The translations under genes were made by a program, and so were the position numbers. Shown piece by piece: positions 40,267 through 51,600 of a DNA stretch of 64,000 bases. The stretch is from Candidatus Cloacimonadales bacterium (GTDB taxonomy: Bacteria > Cloacimonadota > Cloacimonadia > Cloacimonadales > JAFGVF01). Position 1 is the stretch's first letter. Each line of letters starts with the position of its first letter. Location: contig OY782781.1 of assembly GCA_963678315.1 (NCBI GenBank), positions 864,001-928,000 of the forward strand, read 5' to 3'. The notes below the pieces were generated by a model. The model saw nothing but the letters and a program-made list of their open reading frames with translations, ran no database searches and was not told the origin of the DNA.

Positions 40267-40937
40267 TAATAGATGTGCTTTCTTTATTCCCTCAAATGTT
40301 TACTAGCGTTTGTTCAGTCAGTATGATTGCCAAAGCAGTAAAGAAAGATAAATTAGAAATAAACTTACTAGATTTGAGAGATTTTGCTTTTAATAAGCAG
40401 AGACAAGTTGATGATTACCCTTATGGTGGAGAAGCAGGCATGGTTTTAAAGCCGGAGCCTATCTTTGAAGCTGCTAAATTCTTGAATTGGGAACATGTAC
40501 CAGTAATATATTTTACTCCACAAGGTAGAGTATTAACGCAGAGTGTTGTTAAAGAATACTTGAATAAGCCGAGAATTGGGATTATCTGCGGTCACTATAA
40601 AGAGATTGACCAAAGAGTTAGAGACAATATCGTAACAGATGAAATCTCAATAGGCGATTATATTCTATCTGGAGGAGAATTACCAGCAATGGTATTTATT
40701 GATGCTTTAGCTAGGCTACAAGATGGAGTCTTGAACGATATAAGTTCAGCCCTGTCAGATTCATTTGAAGATGGATTGTTGGGTTCTCCTCATTATACAA
40801 GACCAGCTGAGTATTTAGGAATGAAGGTACCCGATGTCCTTACTAATGGAAATCATAAAGATATTCAAGAGTGGCGAAGAGAAAAGTCACTTGAAATAAC
40901 TCGAAAGAATAGACCGGATTTATTAGATGAAGAATAA
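40263..40937 (+). CDS. trmD: tRNA (guanine-37-N1)-methyltransferase
   Basis: VDDYPYGGEAGMVL, TPQG, ISIGDYILSGGE, PHYTRP. Confidence 0.97.
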   Translation: MIIDVLSLFPQMFTSVCSVSMIAKAVKKDKLEINLLDLRDFAFNKQRQVDDYPYGGEAGMVLKPEPIFEAAKFLNWEHVPVIYFTPQGRVLTQSVVKEYLNKPRIGIICGHYKEIDQRVRDNIVTDEISIGDYILSGGELPAMVFIDALARLQDGVLNDISSALSDSFEDGLLGSPHYTRPAEYLGMKVPDVLTNGNHKDIQEWRREKSLEITRKNRPDLLDEE

Positions 40938-41487
40938 AATATATTTAGGACTAGTGCACTACCCAGTCTATAATAAGTTTAATGAAACTGTTAAGACATC
41001 TGTCACAAACTTGGATTTACACGATATAGCAAGATCTTGTTTGACCTATGGTGTTAAGAAGTACTTTGTTATACATCCTCTAGAATCAATGAAAAATGTA
41101 ATTGATAGAGTAATGGGATTCTGGAAATCAGATGTAGCAAAGAAATATAACCAAGATAGAGTTGATGCTTTAAATATACTTCAGCATTCATATTCTATTG
41201 AGGAAACTATAAAACAGATAGAAAGCCAGGAAGGTGTTCTTCCAAAAGTAATAACTACAACTGCGAAGAGATTTGATAAAACAATATTGTTCAAAGAAGT
41301 CTCTTCAGAGATTCCTGCAGATCTACCTGTACTCCTATTATTTGGAACAGGAAACGGACTGCATGAAGGAGTCCTCAAATCTTCTGATTATGTTCTTGAA
41401 CCTATTTCAGGTACAGGAAATTATAATCATTTATCAGTTAGAAGTGCAGTTGCAATTATTCTGGATAGACTAGCTTCCGAAGAATAA
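40927..41487 (+). CDS. SPOUT-type RNA methyltransferase (DUF2168/Methyltrn_RNA_4-like)
   Basis: [47 protein letters not shown]. Confidence 0.85.
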   Translation: MKNKIYLGLVHYPVYNKFNETVKTSVTNLDLHDIARSCLTYGVKKYFVIHPLESMKNVIDRVMGFWKSDVAKKYNQDRVDALNILQHSYSIEETIKQIESQEGVLPKVITTTAKRFDKTILFKEVSSEIPADLPVLLLFGTGNGLHEGVLKSSDYVLEPISGTGNYNHLSVRSAVAIILDRLASEE

Positions 41488-41498
41488 AGGGAGGAATA

Positions 41499-41852
41499 AT
41501 GGATATTATTCAAGTTGCAACAAAAGAGCAAGTTAGAACGGATTTACCAGAGTTCAGAGTTGGTGATACAGTAAAGGTTCACTATAAAATTAAAGAAGGA
41601 AACAAGGAAAGAATCCAAGTTTTCCAAGGTATTGTAATTCAAAGAAGAGGTGCTGGAATCTCTAAAACTTTCACAGTTAGAAAAGTTTCTAATGGTGTTG
41701 GTGTTGAAAGAATTTTCCCAGCTTCATCTCCACTTATAGCTAAACTAGAAGTTGTTCGTTACGGACACGTTAGAAGAGCTAAATTATATTACCTTAGAAC
41801 TGCTAAAGGTAAATCAGCAAGAATTAAAGAAAGAAGAAGATTTAGTAAATAA
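41499..41852 (+). CDS. rplS: 50S ribosomal protein L19
   Basis: [37 protein letters not shown]. Confidence 0.97.
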   Translation: MDIIQVATKEQVRTDLPEFRVGDTVKVHYKIKEGNKERIQVFQGIVIQRRGAGISKTFTVRKVSNGVGVERIFPASSPLIAKLEVVRYGHVRRAKLYYLRTAKGKSARIKERRRFSK

Positions 41853-41896
41853 AAAAATGGGAGCATTTAGCTCCCTTTTTTATTTTAGGATAAATT

Positions 41897-42274
41897 ATGA
41901 TTTATGGAATAGGAAACGATATAATCGAAGTTGAAAGAATAAAGAAAGCTCTCAGTAAAGATAATGGATTTAAAGAGAAAGTTTTCTCAAAAGCAGAAAT
42001 AGACTGCTGTGAAACTAAATCTAACAAATACCAGTCTTATGCTGCTAGATTTGCGGGTAAAGAAGCATTCATGAAAGCTTTTAAAACTGGCTGGGGTCAA
42101 GGTGTCTCATGGAATGAAATTGAGATTACATCACTTGAATCAGGACAACCAATTCTTAGACTTAGTGGTAATACTAAAGAGATTGTGACTTCTTATAAAA
42201 TTACAAAATTCCACATAACACTTAGCCATCTAAAAGATATTGCTATGGCAACAGTTGTTCTGGAATGTGAATAA
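41897..42274 (+). CDS. acpS: Holo-[acyl-carrier-protein] synthase
   Basis: GIGNDIIEVERI, AARFAGKEAFMKA, GQP, ITLSH. Confidence 0.95.
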   Translation: MIYGIGNDIIEVERIKKALSKDNGFKEKVFSKAEIDCCETKSNKYQSYAARFAGKEAFMKAFKTGWGQGVSWNEIEITSLESGQPILRLSGNTKEIVTSYKITKFHITLSHLKDIAMATVVLECE

Positions 42275-42341
42275 AGACTAAAATCAGTGAGAGAGTAACT
42301 TTAATAATACATAGAGGTAGTGCTATCTACTTGCTAAAAGG

Positions 42342-43958
42342 TTACTTAATTAATGTTATTTTACGTGTTTCTATTACTAGACCATGAACTAGTAATTTAG
42401 CTATATAGATAGCAGAAGCTTGATTTTGACATCTCCATGTTGTTATATTATTATCGACATTAATTGTTTTTATTTCTTGTCCTCTTAGATTGTAAATTTT
42501 AATTTGGGCATTCTTATCTAAGCCTTTTACTTGAAATGTTACTTCAGGATTGAAGGGATTAGGAAAAGCATTGAAGACAATATTAACAGTTTCAACATCC
42601 TCACTAGCTACATCTGTGTTAATTTCTGGGTCTTGTTCAACTAAATTATCAGAAGAGGTAAACATCCTAATTTTATCGAAATTATTGTAATATTCATTAG
42701 GGTCATGAGAGCCTATAAGGATATCAATATATCCATCATTGTTTATATCCCCACTAGCTATTTCCCAAGCAAAATAGTCATCAAAATGTTCATTGATGTC
42801 GATAGTCCCATTTATACCACCAAGGTATCCTTTATACCAGCCGTGAATATAATTTCTATGTAAAGCTATTACATCAGAGTAACCATCTTGATTTATATCA
42901 GCGTGAATAAAATCAAACAGAATATCATAATATTCAATATGCGAATATTGTTCAAAATCAATATTTATTCCTCCAAGCCATAATCTAAGCCCAGATGTAC
43001 CTGTTGGATTTACTTCATACCCTGATAATAAAAAATCATCATATCCGTCTCCGTCAAAATCTCCACAAGAGTACAATAGAGCTCTACTAGCATGTATCCA
43101 TGTATTAAAATTATAGCTAGGTTGAGTTGAAATTTGGTTAGCTCCATGGAATATTTCATGATGAAAAAGCCATCTTGTATAACCCTCTGAATCTATCATG
43201 CTATCTCTATTAGTAGTTGTAATTGCAAAATCATCATAGCCATCTCCGTTAATATCTCCAAGTCCAGTAATATCATTTGATTCACGGCTATATTCTCCAC
43301 CTTCAAACTGAATAATGTTAAAATCTCCCCCCAGTAATATTTTGAAAGCGATTGGATTTACTTCACTGCCCCAACCAGTATAGAAGGACATATCATCTAT
43401 TCCATCTCCATTGATATCACCCATACCTTTGAAAGAATTTATTAAGTTGTATTCTGTGTAAATATAATCTGGTTCAAAGTTCCACTCTTCATTACCATAG
43501 ATGATGTTTATTTCGTAGCCCCAAACCCAGTTAACCAAATCTATCTCAAAATAACTAGTATATCCTAAATCATGTATACCATCTCCATTTACATCTCCTA
43601 GATCTTCAAAATCTATAAATCCGTTATAGGCATGACGCTCAAGGCTGTCAGGTAGTAATTGTTCATGGCTAAACTCTTGATAGTAGCTATAGCTATCAGA
43701 TAAGCCTGATTCACTTCCTTCAAAACAAAACATAGAACCTCTTATGATAAGAGAATCATTGTCAATTACTTTATATCCTTCATCTCCAACAATTAAATCA
43801 TCGTATCCATCACCGTTAAAGTCTAAGACAGTGAAATTACTACCAAAATCTGTGTTTGCATCTTCAGTTTGGTATTGCCAAACTTGTTCAAGTGTTTGGT
43901 CAGCTTGAATATAAAGATAAAGCTGAATTAAGACAATAAATAGTAGAATTCTTTTCAT
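42342..43958 (-). CDS. Secreted FG-GAP repeat (integrin-alpha-like propeller) protein with T9SS/FlgD-type C-terminal domain
   Basis: Seven D(F/I/V)(N/D)xDGxxD motifs; C-terminus AFPNPFNP...KITLIK. Confidence 0.85.
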   Translation of the reverse strand: MKRILLFIVLIQLYLYIQADQTLEQVWQYQTEDANTDFGSNFTVLDFNGDGYDDLIVGDEGYKVIDNDSLIIRGSMFCFEGSESGLSDSYSYYQEFSHEQLLPDSLERHAYNGFIDFEDLGDVNGDGIHDLGYTSYFEIDLVNWVWGYEINIIYGNEEWNFEPDYIYTEYNLINSFKGMGDINGDGIDDMSFYTGWGSEVNPIAFKILLGGDFNIIQFEGGEYSRESNDITGLGDINGDGYDDFAITTTNRDSMIDSEGYTRWLFHHEIFHGANQISTQPSYNFNTWIHASRALLYSCGDFDGDGYDDFLLSGYEVNPTGTSGLRLWLGGINIDFEQYSHIEYYDILFDFIHADINQDGYSDVIALHRNYIHGWYKGYLGGINGTIDINEHFDDYFAWEIASGDINNDGYIDILIGSHDPNEYYNNFDKIRMFTSSDNLVEQDPEINTDVASEDVETVNIVFNAFPNPFNPEVTFQVKGLDKNAQIKIYNLRGQEIKTINVDNNITTWRCQNQASAIYIAKLLVHGLVIETRKITLIK

Positions 43959-44337
43959 CTTGTTACCTCAATGTATAGTTTTTTTAAGTCATGGATTATC
44001 AGACAGTGATGTTTACAACTTCATTAAGTCCAATATAATACCTATCAAAAACAAATGTCAATAGAAAAGACAAAGAAAGTTAAAATTTCAAAGAAAATTA
44101 TGAAAGTGTGTCTATTATATTAATAGAGGGCTAGATATTTACCAAGGAATTTGGTGTAATGTGGTATATATTTTAAAGAAAATCAGATATATGTTAATAT
44201 TAAATTAGTTTCTTGTTAACTTACTTAATACATACAAATTAGATATAACTTGACTATATTATAAGTATTTTATTAGTGTCTAAAATGGTATTTTCTTTTT
44301 TAAAAATTGATAAAAAAAGTAAATGAGGTATAGATCG

Positions 44338-44973
44338 ATGTTGAATATTGTATTATTCGGTATCCAGGGAAGCGGAAAAGGTACACAAGCTGGACTGCTC
44401 TCTAAAGCACTTAAATTGGAGCACATAAACTTGGGTGAACTCTTTAGGAAAGAGATTAAATCTAAGTCGGAGATTGGTCTGATTGCCAAGAGTTTCATTG
44501 ATAAAGGAAACTTTGTTCCAGATGAACATGTATATCAGATGATTGACGGAGCAGTTCCAAAAGGTGCTAAAGGAATCATTTTTGATGGATTCCCTCGTAA
44601 TAATGCTCAGGCTGATTATTTAGTTGAACACTATCATGTAGATTTTGTTGTTTATCTTGATTTAGCTGATAGGATTGCTAAAGAAAGATTAATGGCTAGA
44701 GCTGTGTGCAGAGAATGTCACACAGGCTATAATCTTCTTTCATCACCGCCACGCGTTGGGAACAAGTGTGATAAATGTGGTGGAATAGTCGGTCCAAGAA
44801 GTGACGATACTCCAGAAGCAATTGATAGAAGAATAGAAAAGTTTCATAACAAAACCAAAACTCTAATTGATTACTTTGAGGAAAAGGGTTTACTTCATAA
44901 AATTGATGCACAGAATCCTGTTGAAGAAGTTAATCAAAAAATCTTAGATATAATCAAGAGAAATGGAAAATAA
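44338..44973 (+). CDS. adk: Adenylate kinase (Zn-lid type)
   Basis: GIQGSGKGTQA, FDGFPR, lid CxxC...CxxC, RSDD. ORF track starts at 44323. Confidence 0.92.
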   Translation: MLNIVLFGIQGSGKGTQAGLLSKALKLEHINLGELFRKEIKSKSEIGLIAKSFIDKGNFVPDEHVYQMIDGAVPKGAKGIIFDGFPRNNAQADYLVEHYHVDFVVYLDLADRIAKERLMARAVCRECHTGYNLLSSPPRVGNKCDKCGGIVGPRSDDTPEAIDRRIEKFHNKTKTLIDYFEEKGLLHKIDAQNPVEEVNQKILDIIKRNGK

Positions 44974-46657
44974 ATTTATTAGTAAATTAAGCAAAATTTT
45001 GAATAGTACCATCGATGTTTTAGCAATTATAAACTTCGTGGTACTATTCATCGTACCCTACTTTCTAGATTCTAGTTTAGGAAGGGAGATATTAGTTGTT
45101 TATTCAGCTTTTAATATTGGAATTTACTCATTAGCTTTTATTTTCAATAGAATTAGAGAAGGGATAAAGAAGCTAAGGATTCACCATTTATTCCCAGTTC
45201 TAGTAATAGGACTAGCCATCTATGCTCTGAGACTAAAACCTGAGTATTTCTTAATATATGTTGTGATTAAAGAAATAGTTATCTTTCTAAGAAGAATAAT
45301 TCTATATGCCTTCGAAGGGAAACTATGGCATACGATTACTAATAATCCTGCTATTTCCTTGATGATGAGCTTCTTGTTGGTAATAATGATTGGGACATTC
45401 TTATTAATGTTACCATTTTCTACTACATCTAACAAGACAATGCCACTTGTTGACGCTTTCTTTACTTCAACCTCTGCTACCTGTGTGACAGGCTTGATAG
45501 TTGAAGATACTGGTTCTTATTTTACTACATTTGGACAAATAGTAATACTTATTCTAATCCAAATTGGTGGACTGGGTTTAATGACTATCTCTACTGCCTT
45601 TGCACTTTTATTTGGTCAAAAGCTTACAGTGAAGGTTGAAAGTGTGATGCAGAACGTTATGGGTGAGGTTAGCAAACTTAATCTATTTGCCTTATTGAGA
45701 TACATTGTAGGGATTACCTTCTTCTTTGAATCAATAGGAGCAGCGATTCTTTACATGACTTTTAGGAATGAGTTTTCTTCTACTTTGAAAGCTGTATATT
45801 ATTCTGTGTTTCACTCGGTTTCTGCTTTCTGTAATGCGGGATTTGCACTTTATCCAAAGAGCTTTGAAACATTTGTATCTAACTGGAATATCAATATTGT
45901 TATTTCAATGCTGATAATTCTAGGGGGTTTAGGTTTTGTTGTTTATATCGATCTTAGAAAGAGTATTTTCAAGAAAGGTGGATATAAAAAACTAAGTCTA
46001 CATTCTAAGATAGTTCTAACTACTACGGGAGCTCTTATCTTGTTTGGATTAATAGGATTCTATATCTCAGAGTATAATAATACAATGCAGGATATGCCTT
46101 TCGGTAAAAGAATATTAGCTTCCTTCTTCCAGTCTGTTACTTGTAGAACAGCTGGCTTTAATACTATAGATCAAGGAGGGTTGTCATATAGTTCAATTCT
46201 ACTGTCTTTGGTATTGATGTTTATTGGAGCTTCTCCGGGTTCTACTGGTGGTGGTATTAAAACTACTTCATTTGCTATAATGTTTTTAGCAATTGTATCA
46301 ATTTTAACTGGAAAGAATAATGTTTCTGCTTATAAAAGAAAAATATCTATGCAATACATCAAAGAAGCTATAAGTCTGATTGGAATCTCATTAGCCTTCT
46401 TATTCTTATTGCTTACAGCTTTATTTATAGTTACTCCTGGAACTTTCCAAGAGATTACTTTCGAAGCTTTCTCAGCTTTTGGAACAGTAGGCTTATCAAT
46501 GGGACTGACTTCTAGTTTGAACTTAGCAGGGAAAATAATTATAATTTTATTAATGTATTTAGGTCGTATAGGACCATTAACCATTCTCTATGCATTAGCT
46601 TCTAGAGTTAAGAAGAAGAGAATAGAATATTTAGAAGAGAAAATCTCAATAGGATAA
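44963..46657 (+). CDS. ktrB: Ktr/Trk potassium uptake membrane subunit (KtrB/TrkH) with N-terminal membrane extension
   Basis: Four pore motifs: SATCVTGL, SAFCNAGF, TCRTAGF, SAFGTVGLS; GSTGGGIK. Confidence 0.9.
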   Translation: MENKFISKLSKILNSTIDVLAIINFVVLFIVPYFLDSSLGREILVVYSAFNIGIYSLAFIFNRIREGIKKLRIHHLFPVLVIGLAIYALRLKPEYFLIYVVIKEIVIFLRRIILYAFEGKLWHTITNNPAISLMMSFLLVIMIGTFLLMLPFSTTSNKTMPLVDAFFTSTSATCVTGLIVEDTGSYFTTFGQIVILILIQIGGLGLMTISTAFALLFGQKLTVKVESVMQNVMGEVSKLNLFALLRYIVGITFFFESIGAAILYMTFRNEFSSTLKAVYYSVFHSVSAFCNAGFALYPKSFETFVSNWNINIVISMLIILGGLGFVVYIDLRKSIFKKGGYKKLSLHSKIVLTTTGALILFGLIGFYISEYNNTMQDMPFGKRILASFFQSVTCRTAGFNTIDQGGLSYSSILLSLVLMFIGASPGSTGGGIKTTSFAIMFLAIVSILTGKNNVSAYKRKISMQYIKEAISLIGISLAFLFLLLTALFIVTPGTFQEITFEAFSAFGTVGLSMGLTSSLNLAGKIIIILLMYLGRIGPLTILYALASRVKKKRIEYLEEKISIG

Positions 46658-46661
46658 TATT

Positions 46662-47372
46662 ATGGCAAGATTTGTAATTATAGGAATGGGTAAATTTGGA
46701 ACTGCTGTTGCTACGACGCTTAACTCTCATGAAGCCGAAGTAATAGGTATAGATAAAGATGAATTAGTGCTTGATGAGGTTAAAGATAGAGTAACTTCAG
46801 CTCTCTGTTTTGATGCAACTGATGAAATAGCATTGAAACAGTCAGGTATTGATGATTCTAATGCTGTTATTGTGGCAATTGGTAACAATATTCAAGCAAA
46901 TATAATGACTTGTGCATTACTAAAGAAGATTGGGGTTGGTAAAATATACGCTAAAGTAGAAGATGATTTACATCGTAGAATTCTTACTTCTTTAGGTATA
47001 GAAGAGATCTACTTCCCAGAAGAAATGGTAGGCCAATCATTAGCGAAACAGTTGATTATGGAAGAAATTAATCAGATTGTAGAGCTTTCAAAAGACCATT
47101 TACTTCTTGAACTAACAGCACCTCAACAGTTTGTAGGAAGAACACTTCAAGAGATGGATTTATATCAAAAATATGGACTAAATGTAGTTACTATAAAATC
47201 AAGAGTATTGAAGATTTCAGAATCAGGAGAGAAACTTATTCATGAAGATATTAATTCACTACCAGGTGCAAATGATGTCTTTAATGAAGGTGACAGAATT
47301 GTTTTATTAGGTTCAAAAGCAAATATTGATAATATGATTAACAAGTTCTCCAAAGGAAGTAAAAATGAATAA
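46662..47372 (+). CDS. ktrA: Ktr/Trk potassium uptake RCK subunit (KtrA/TrkA)
   Basis: IIGMGKFG Rossmann motif, VIVAIG, RCK_C tail; adjacent to ktrB. Confidence 0.88.
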   Translation: MARFVIIGMGKFGTAVATTLNSHEAEVIGIDKDELVLDEVKDRVTSALCFDATDEIALKQSGIDDSNAVIVAIGNNIQANIMTCALLKKIGVGKIYAKVEDDLHRRILTSLGIEEIYFPEEMVGQSLAKQLIMEEINQIVELSKDHLLLELTAPQQFVGRTLQEMDLYQKYGLNVVTIKSRVLKISESGEKLIHEDINSLPGANDVFNEGDRIVLLGSKANIDNMINKFSKGSKNE

Positions 47373-48138
47373 GAAGTCATTTTACAGGAATATTAACATA
47401 GCTTTAGGAACTATTCTTATTCTTCATGTAATTGAAACTATGGTAATGTATTGGTTGTTTTCAGAAAACAAGCCTCTTGAAGAGATTATTATTAACTCAA
47501 AGAATACCTTGCTCAGTTTCTTGATTGTTATTGTAGTTGTTTACATAGCAATAATTATATACCAAACTGTTAAACTTAATAAGAGTGTTAAAATATTCTC
47601 CCACATTTTCGAAGAGTATCGAGTAGGTAATTATTCTTACAATGTTTTGGAGCAAAAAGATAGACTTGAAAAAGAGTTTCATCCGTTGATTACTAAGCTG
47701 GATAAAGTCTTCTCTAATGTTCAGAAGTTTGATAAGCTAAAAGAAACAAAGATCTTTACTCATCATAGTAGAATCAAAGCAATTCTGAATTTAATCAATG
47801 AGGGTGGGATGATTATTGATAACTCTGGGGATATTATTTATATTAACGATATTATGAAGAGTAACTTCTCTTTTCTAGAAGAAGAAATTAATGTTCTAGA
47901 GAATGTATATGACAAGCATTTTGAAGAGAGTATGAAAAGATATATTAGAGACGTACTATCAGAGCAAATGCGTAAGGATTCATATAGATTCTTCTACAAA
48001 GATTCAGATGAAGAAATTACAATAAAGAGTCACATGTACAAAAACTCAAAGGGTGAGATTGGTGGTGCTGTTTTTGTAGTTTCTGGTCTTACAAACTTAC
48101 CTAGCAAGAAAAAATCACTTATCAAGAAGATTTCTTAG
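47365..48138 (+). CDS. Membrane protein with 2 TM, HAMP-like linker and C-terminal PAS-like domain; no output domain
   Basis: ILNLINEGGMIIDNSGDIIYIN...GEIGGAVFVV resembles PAS; no H-box. Confidence 0.6.
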   Translation: MNKKSFYRNINIALGTILILHVIETMVMYWLFSENKPLEEIIINSKNTLLSFLIVIVVVYIAIIIYQTVKLNKSVKIFSHIFEEYRVGNYSYNVLEQKDRLEKEFHPLITKLDKVFSNVQKFDKLKETKIFTHHSRIKAILNLINEGGMIIDNSGDIIYINDIMKSNFSFLEEEINVLENVYDKHFEESMKRYIRDVLSEQMRKDSYRFFYKDSDEEITIKSHMYKNSKGEIGGAVFVVSGLTNLPSKKKSLIKKIS

Positions 48139-48146
48139 GAGAAAAC

Positions 48147-49136
48147 TTGCCTTATAAAGAAACAATTTTAACCTACAATGAAAGTAAAGAAGTGCGTATA
48201 GATAAATTCTTAGCTGATGCTAATATTGAAGGTATTTATTCACGCTCTCAGATTGAAAAATTAATAGCTAATGCAAAAGTTACTGTTAATGACAAGATTA
48301 TTAAGAAAAACTATAAACTAGAATTAAACGATCGAGTGAGAATAGAAGTTGAAGAAGCACAATCTTCAGAGCTAGAAGCTGAGAATATACCATTGGACAT
48401 TGTGTATGAAGATGACTACCTTGCTGTTATTAATAAGCCAGTAGGGCTAGTTGTTCATCCAGGGAATGGGAACCATAACGGTACATTAGCTAATGCTCTG
48501 GCATATCACTTCGGAGATAAATTGTCTTCTACTGGTGGAAGTCAAAGACCTGGAATTGTGCACCGTCTGGATAAAGGAACTTCTGGACTAATACTCATTG
48601 CTAAAGACAATGAAACTCACGCTAAACTCTCTGAAATGTTTAAGAATAGAGAGATTGATAAGATTTATCGAACTATAGCAGTTGGTAAGTTGAAGCAAGC
48701 TTCTGGAGTAATTGATACTCTCTACGCTAGAAGCAAGAAAAACCCTATCAAATACACAGTCGCTCAGGAAGGCAAGAGAGCTGTAACTCATTATGATACT
48801 CTTAAGGAATTTCACTACTTCTCCTATTTGGAAATCAAATTAGAGACCGGTAGAACTCATCAAATTAGGGTTCATCTTGCTCATTATAATTGCCCGGTTA
48901 TGGGGGATAGACTTTATAGTTCACTTGATGAAGTTGCTAGTAGAATTCCATTTAATTATAAAAAGAAACTACGACACTTGTATGATAAAATATTATCTAC
49001 ACAAGCTTTACATGCTTATAAATTAGAATTTATTCATCCAATGACTAATAAGCCAGTTTCAGTTACTTCTGAAATGCCAATCTACTTTAAAGATACTCTT
49101 AACTGGCTAGAAAAGAACTTCTCAATGGATGAATAA
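48147..49136 (+). CDS. rluD: RluA-family 23S rRNA pseudouridine synthase with S4 domain
   Basis: RIDKFL, NKPVGLVVHPG, RPGIVHRLDKGTSG, ETGRTHQIRVH; TTG start after AGGAG. Confidence 0.9.
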   Translation: MPYKETILTYNESKEVRIDKFLADANIEGIYSRSQIEKLIANAKVTVNDKIIKKNYKLELNDRVRIEVEEAQSSELEAENIPLDIVYEDDYLAVINKPVGLVVHPGNGNHNGTLANALAYHFGDKLSSTGGSQRPGIVHRLDKGTSGLILIAKDNETHAKLSEMFKNREIDKIYRTIAVGKLKQASGVIDTLYARSKKNPIKYTVAQEGKRAVTHYDTLKEFHYFSYLEIKLETGRTHQIRVHLAHYNCPVMGDRLYSSLDEVASRIPFNYKKKLRHLYDKILSTQALHAYKLEFIHPMTNKPVSVTSEMPIYFKDTLNWLEKNFSMDE

Positions 49137-49146
49137 GGAGGATAAA

Positions 49147-50355
49147 ATGTCATTTGATTTCGCTAGAATCGATCATGCTATCGAGGATATAAAAAACGGA
49201 AAGATGATAATCGTTGTTGATGACGAGGATCGTGAAAATGAAGGTGATTTAATTTGCGCTGCTGAAAAAGTTACTCCTGAAATGATTAACTTTATGATTT
49301 CAGAAGCTAAAGGTCTTGTTTGTACTCCAATGACAGACAAGCGTCTTCGTCAATTAGATATACCTTTGATGACAGAAAATAACACTGAAAGACAAGGAAC
49401 AAAATTCACTGTTTCTGTTGATGGAGCTCATAATACAACTACAGGTATATCTGCTCAAGATAGAGCAAACACAATTCTTAGCTTGTGTGATGAAAACTCT
49501 AAAGCTGATGATTTTGTTAGACCTGGACATATTTTCCCACTAAGAGCTGAACTTGGGGGAGTACTTCATAGAGCTGGACATACTGAAGCTGCTGTAGACT
49601 TAGCTAGAATGGCTGGCCTTAAACCAATGGGTGTTATCTGTGAAATTATTAATCCAGATGGAACCATGTCGAGACTCAAAGACTTGATTCCTTATGCTGA
49701 AAAACATGGACTAAAGATTATTACTATAGCTGACCTAATTCGTTATAGAAAGGCAAACGATGAATTAGTTGAGCTTATTTCTAAAGCCAAGCTTCCTACT
49801 CATTATGGGGAATGGGATATTTATATCTACCAAAGTAAGATTTCCGATGAGGAACATTTAGCCCTAGTAAAGGGAGATATTGGCGATGGCAAAGACCTTC
49901 TTGTAAGAGTTCATTCTGAATGTTTAACTGGGGATGCTCTTTTCTCTGCAAGATGTGACTGTGGTCAACAGCTAGAGTATGCTTATAAAACTATAGCTGA
50001 AGAAGGTAGAGGAGTCATTCTCTATATGAAACAGGAAGGACGTGGAATCGGTATTGCAAATAAGATTAAGGCTTATCATCTTCAAGATCATGGAAGAGAT
50101 ACTGTTGAAGCAAACATTGAACTAGGATTCCCTGATGATATGAGAGACTATGGTCTCGGAGCTCAAATGCTTGTTCATCTTGGTGTAAAAGAGATGAGGC
50201 TACTAACTAACAACCCAAAGAAGATGGTTGGACTTAGTGGTTATGGCTTAGAGATTAAAGAACGAGTTCCTATTGAAATTGAACCCCTTGAAGAAAACCA
50301 TTTCTATCTGAAAACTAAGAAAGATAAAATGGAACATATTTTAGAGAAAGTTTAG
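49147..50355 (+). CDS. ribBA: Bifunctional DHBP synthase / GTP cyclohydrolase II
   Basis: [55 protein letters not shown] track starts at 49129. Confidence 0.96.
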   Translation: MSFDFARIDHAIEDIKNGKMIIVVDDEDRENEGDLICAAEKVTPEMINFMISEAKGLVCTPMTDKRLRQLDIPLMTENNTERQGTKFTVSVDGAHNTTTGISAQDRANTILSLCDENSKADDFVRPGHIFPLRAELGGVLHRAGHTEAAVDLARMAGLKPMGVICEIINPDGTMSRLKDLIPYAEKHGLKIITIADLIRYRKANDELVELISKAKLPTHYGEWDIYIYQSKISDEEHLALVKGDIGDGKDLLVRVHSECLTGDALFSARCDCGQQLEYAYKTIAEEGRGVILYMKQEGRGIGIANKIKAYHLQDHGRDTVEANIELGFPDDMRDYGLGAQMLVHLGVKEMRLLTNNPKKMVGLSGYGLEIKERVPIEIEPLEENHFYLKTKKDKMEHILEKV

Positions 50356-50369
50356 ATTAATTATTATAG

Positions 50370-50407
50370 TGCTAGTTCATGTTTTATGCGTGAACTAGCA
50401 AATTTTT
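50370..50407 (+). terminator. Hairpin after ribBA (probable terminator)
   Basis: TGCTAGTTCATG-loop-CGTGAACTAGCA followed by AATTTTT. Confidence 0.55.
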
Positions 50408-50424
50408 ATATATGGAGTAAAGAA

Positions 50425-51465
50425 ATGAAGAAAGTTCTTTTGTTGTTGTCTTTTATTGCTTGTTGTATGACTGCTAACGCTATTGATTGGGGCTATTATG
50501 CTTCCCTCAGAATGAATAGTTTCTATTTAATCCAAGATGAAGATTTTATGACTAACCAAACCAGTGGATTTGATAATGATACCAGAGTCTCTTTTGATGG
50601 TGGGCTACAAGGAAATTCTAGAATTGGTTTAACAGTCAATGAGAAAGCTTATAGTGGTAAGTTCGAAGCAGGAATTTCAGACTATGGAGTAAGTCTTCGT
50701 CAATTATATGTTACTTATGTTAGAGATGAATATTCATTGTTAATTGGTAAAACATATACAGGCTTCTCTGAACTAACTAGTCAAGTTTATGGCTCAGATA
50801 ACGGACTAATAGGTTCAGGTCTTTTCTATACTGGCAGAGTAGCTCAAGTTAAAGTTAGCAGAGAAGTTGACGGCTATAATGCTTATGCAGCTTTTCTTCA
50901 ACCAAGACATGATGATGGCGATAGACACATCTTTATTCCACGTTTAAATGTAGGTATCAAATTCGATAGAGATAATATTAACTACCACTTTACTTCAGGT
51001 CTTTCTTATGAAAGCTTTGATAAGGATATTTCAGCAAATGAAGGTGATATTCTTAGTTATGTTTTATCAGCAACTGCTAAAACACAAGTTAATGATATAG
51101 GAGTTAAAGCTCAAGTTAACTTCGGACAAAATGTTAAAAACTACGGAATTAGCTGTTTTGGTGAAGAAATTTATCCTAAAACATCAAAAAATGATAATAG
51201 CTTTGAAGATGTTATGACTCTAGCTGGTTACCTAGAACTCTCTAAAAATAACTTCAATGTTGCTCTTGCTTATATGCAAAATGAGAGCGATGCCCTAAAA
51301 GATGCTGATGGAAAACTTACAATCTATGCTAACTTCAAGCATAATCTATGGGAAAACTTATTTATATCTCCTGAAGTTGGAATGATTGACCACATGGAAA
51401 ATGGTAATGGCGTAAAAGAAGGTACTGAGATTTATTTTGGAGCAAAACTTCAAGCAGATATTTAA
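50425..51465 (+). CDS. Putative outer-membrane beta-barrel porin
   Basis: Signal peptide, LQGNSRIG, alternating beta-strand pattern, terminal strand YFGAKLQADI. ORF track starts at 50386. Confidence 0.7.
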   Translation: MKKVLLLLSFIACCMTANAIDWGYYASLRMNSFYLIQDEDFMTNQTSGFDNDTRVSFDGGLQGNSRIGLTVNEKAYSGKFEAGISDYGVSLRQLYVTYVRDEYSLLIGKTYTGFSELTSQVYGSDNGLIGSGLFYTGRVAQVKVSREVDGYNAYAAFLQPRHDDGDRHIFIPRLNVGIKFDRDNINYHFTSGLSYESFDKDISANEGDILSYVLSATAKTQVNDIGVKAQVNFGQNVKNYGISCFGEEIYPKTSKNDNSFEDVMTLAGYLELSKNNFNVALAYMQNESDALKDADGKLTIYANFKHNLWENLFISPEVGMIDHMENGNGVKEGTEIYFGAKLQADI

Positions 51466-51498
51466 TATATTATAATATATAAAGAATACCTTTATAAA

Positions 51499-51545
51499 AA
51501 TGCAGTTTGCTAGTTATCTTAGCATGCTGCATTTTTTTTGTTTTT
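51499..51545 (+). terminator. Intrinsic terminator after the porin
   Basis: AATGCAG..TGCTA-loop-TAGCA..CTGCATT plus T run. Confidence 0.65.
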
Positions 51546-51600
51546 AAGAAATCATCCCCCTTGGAATTTAGCCCCCAAAGGGAAGATATAATGAATAATA

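Noticed and set aside
49090..49146. FMN riboswitch before ribBA
   Set aside because: ribBA starts 10 bp after rluD; no room and no RFN consensus.
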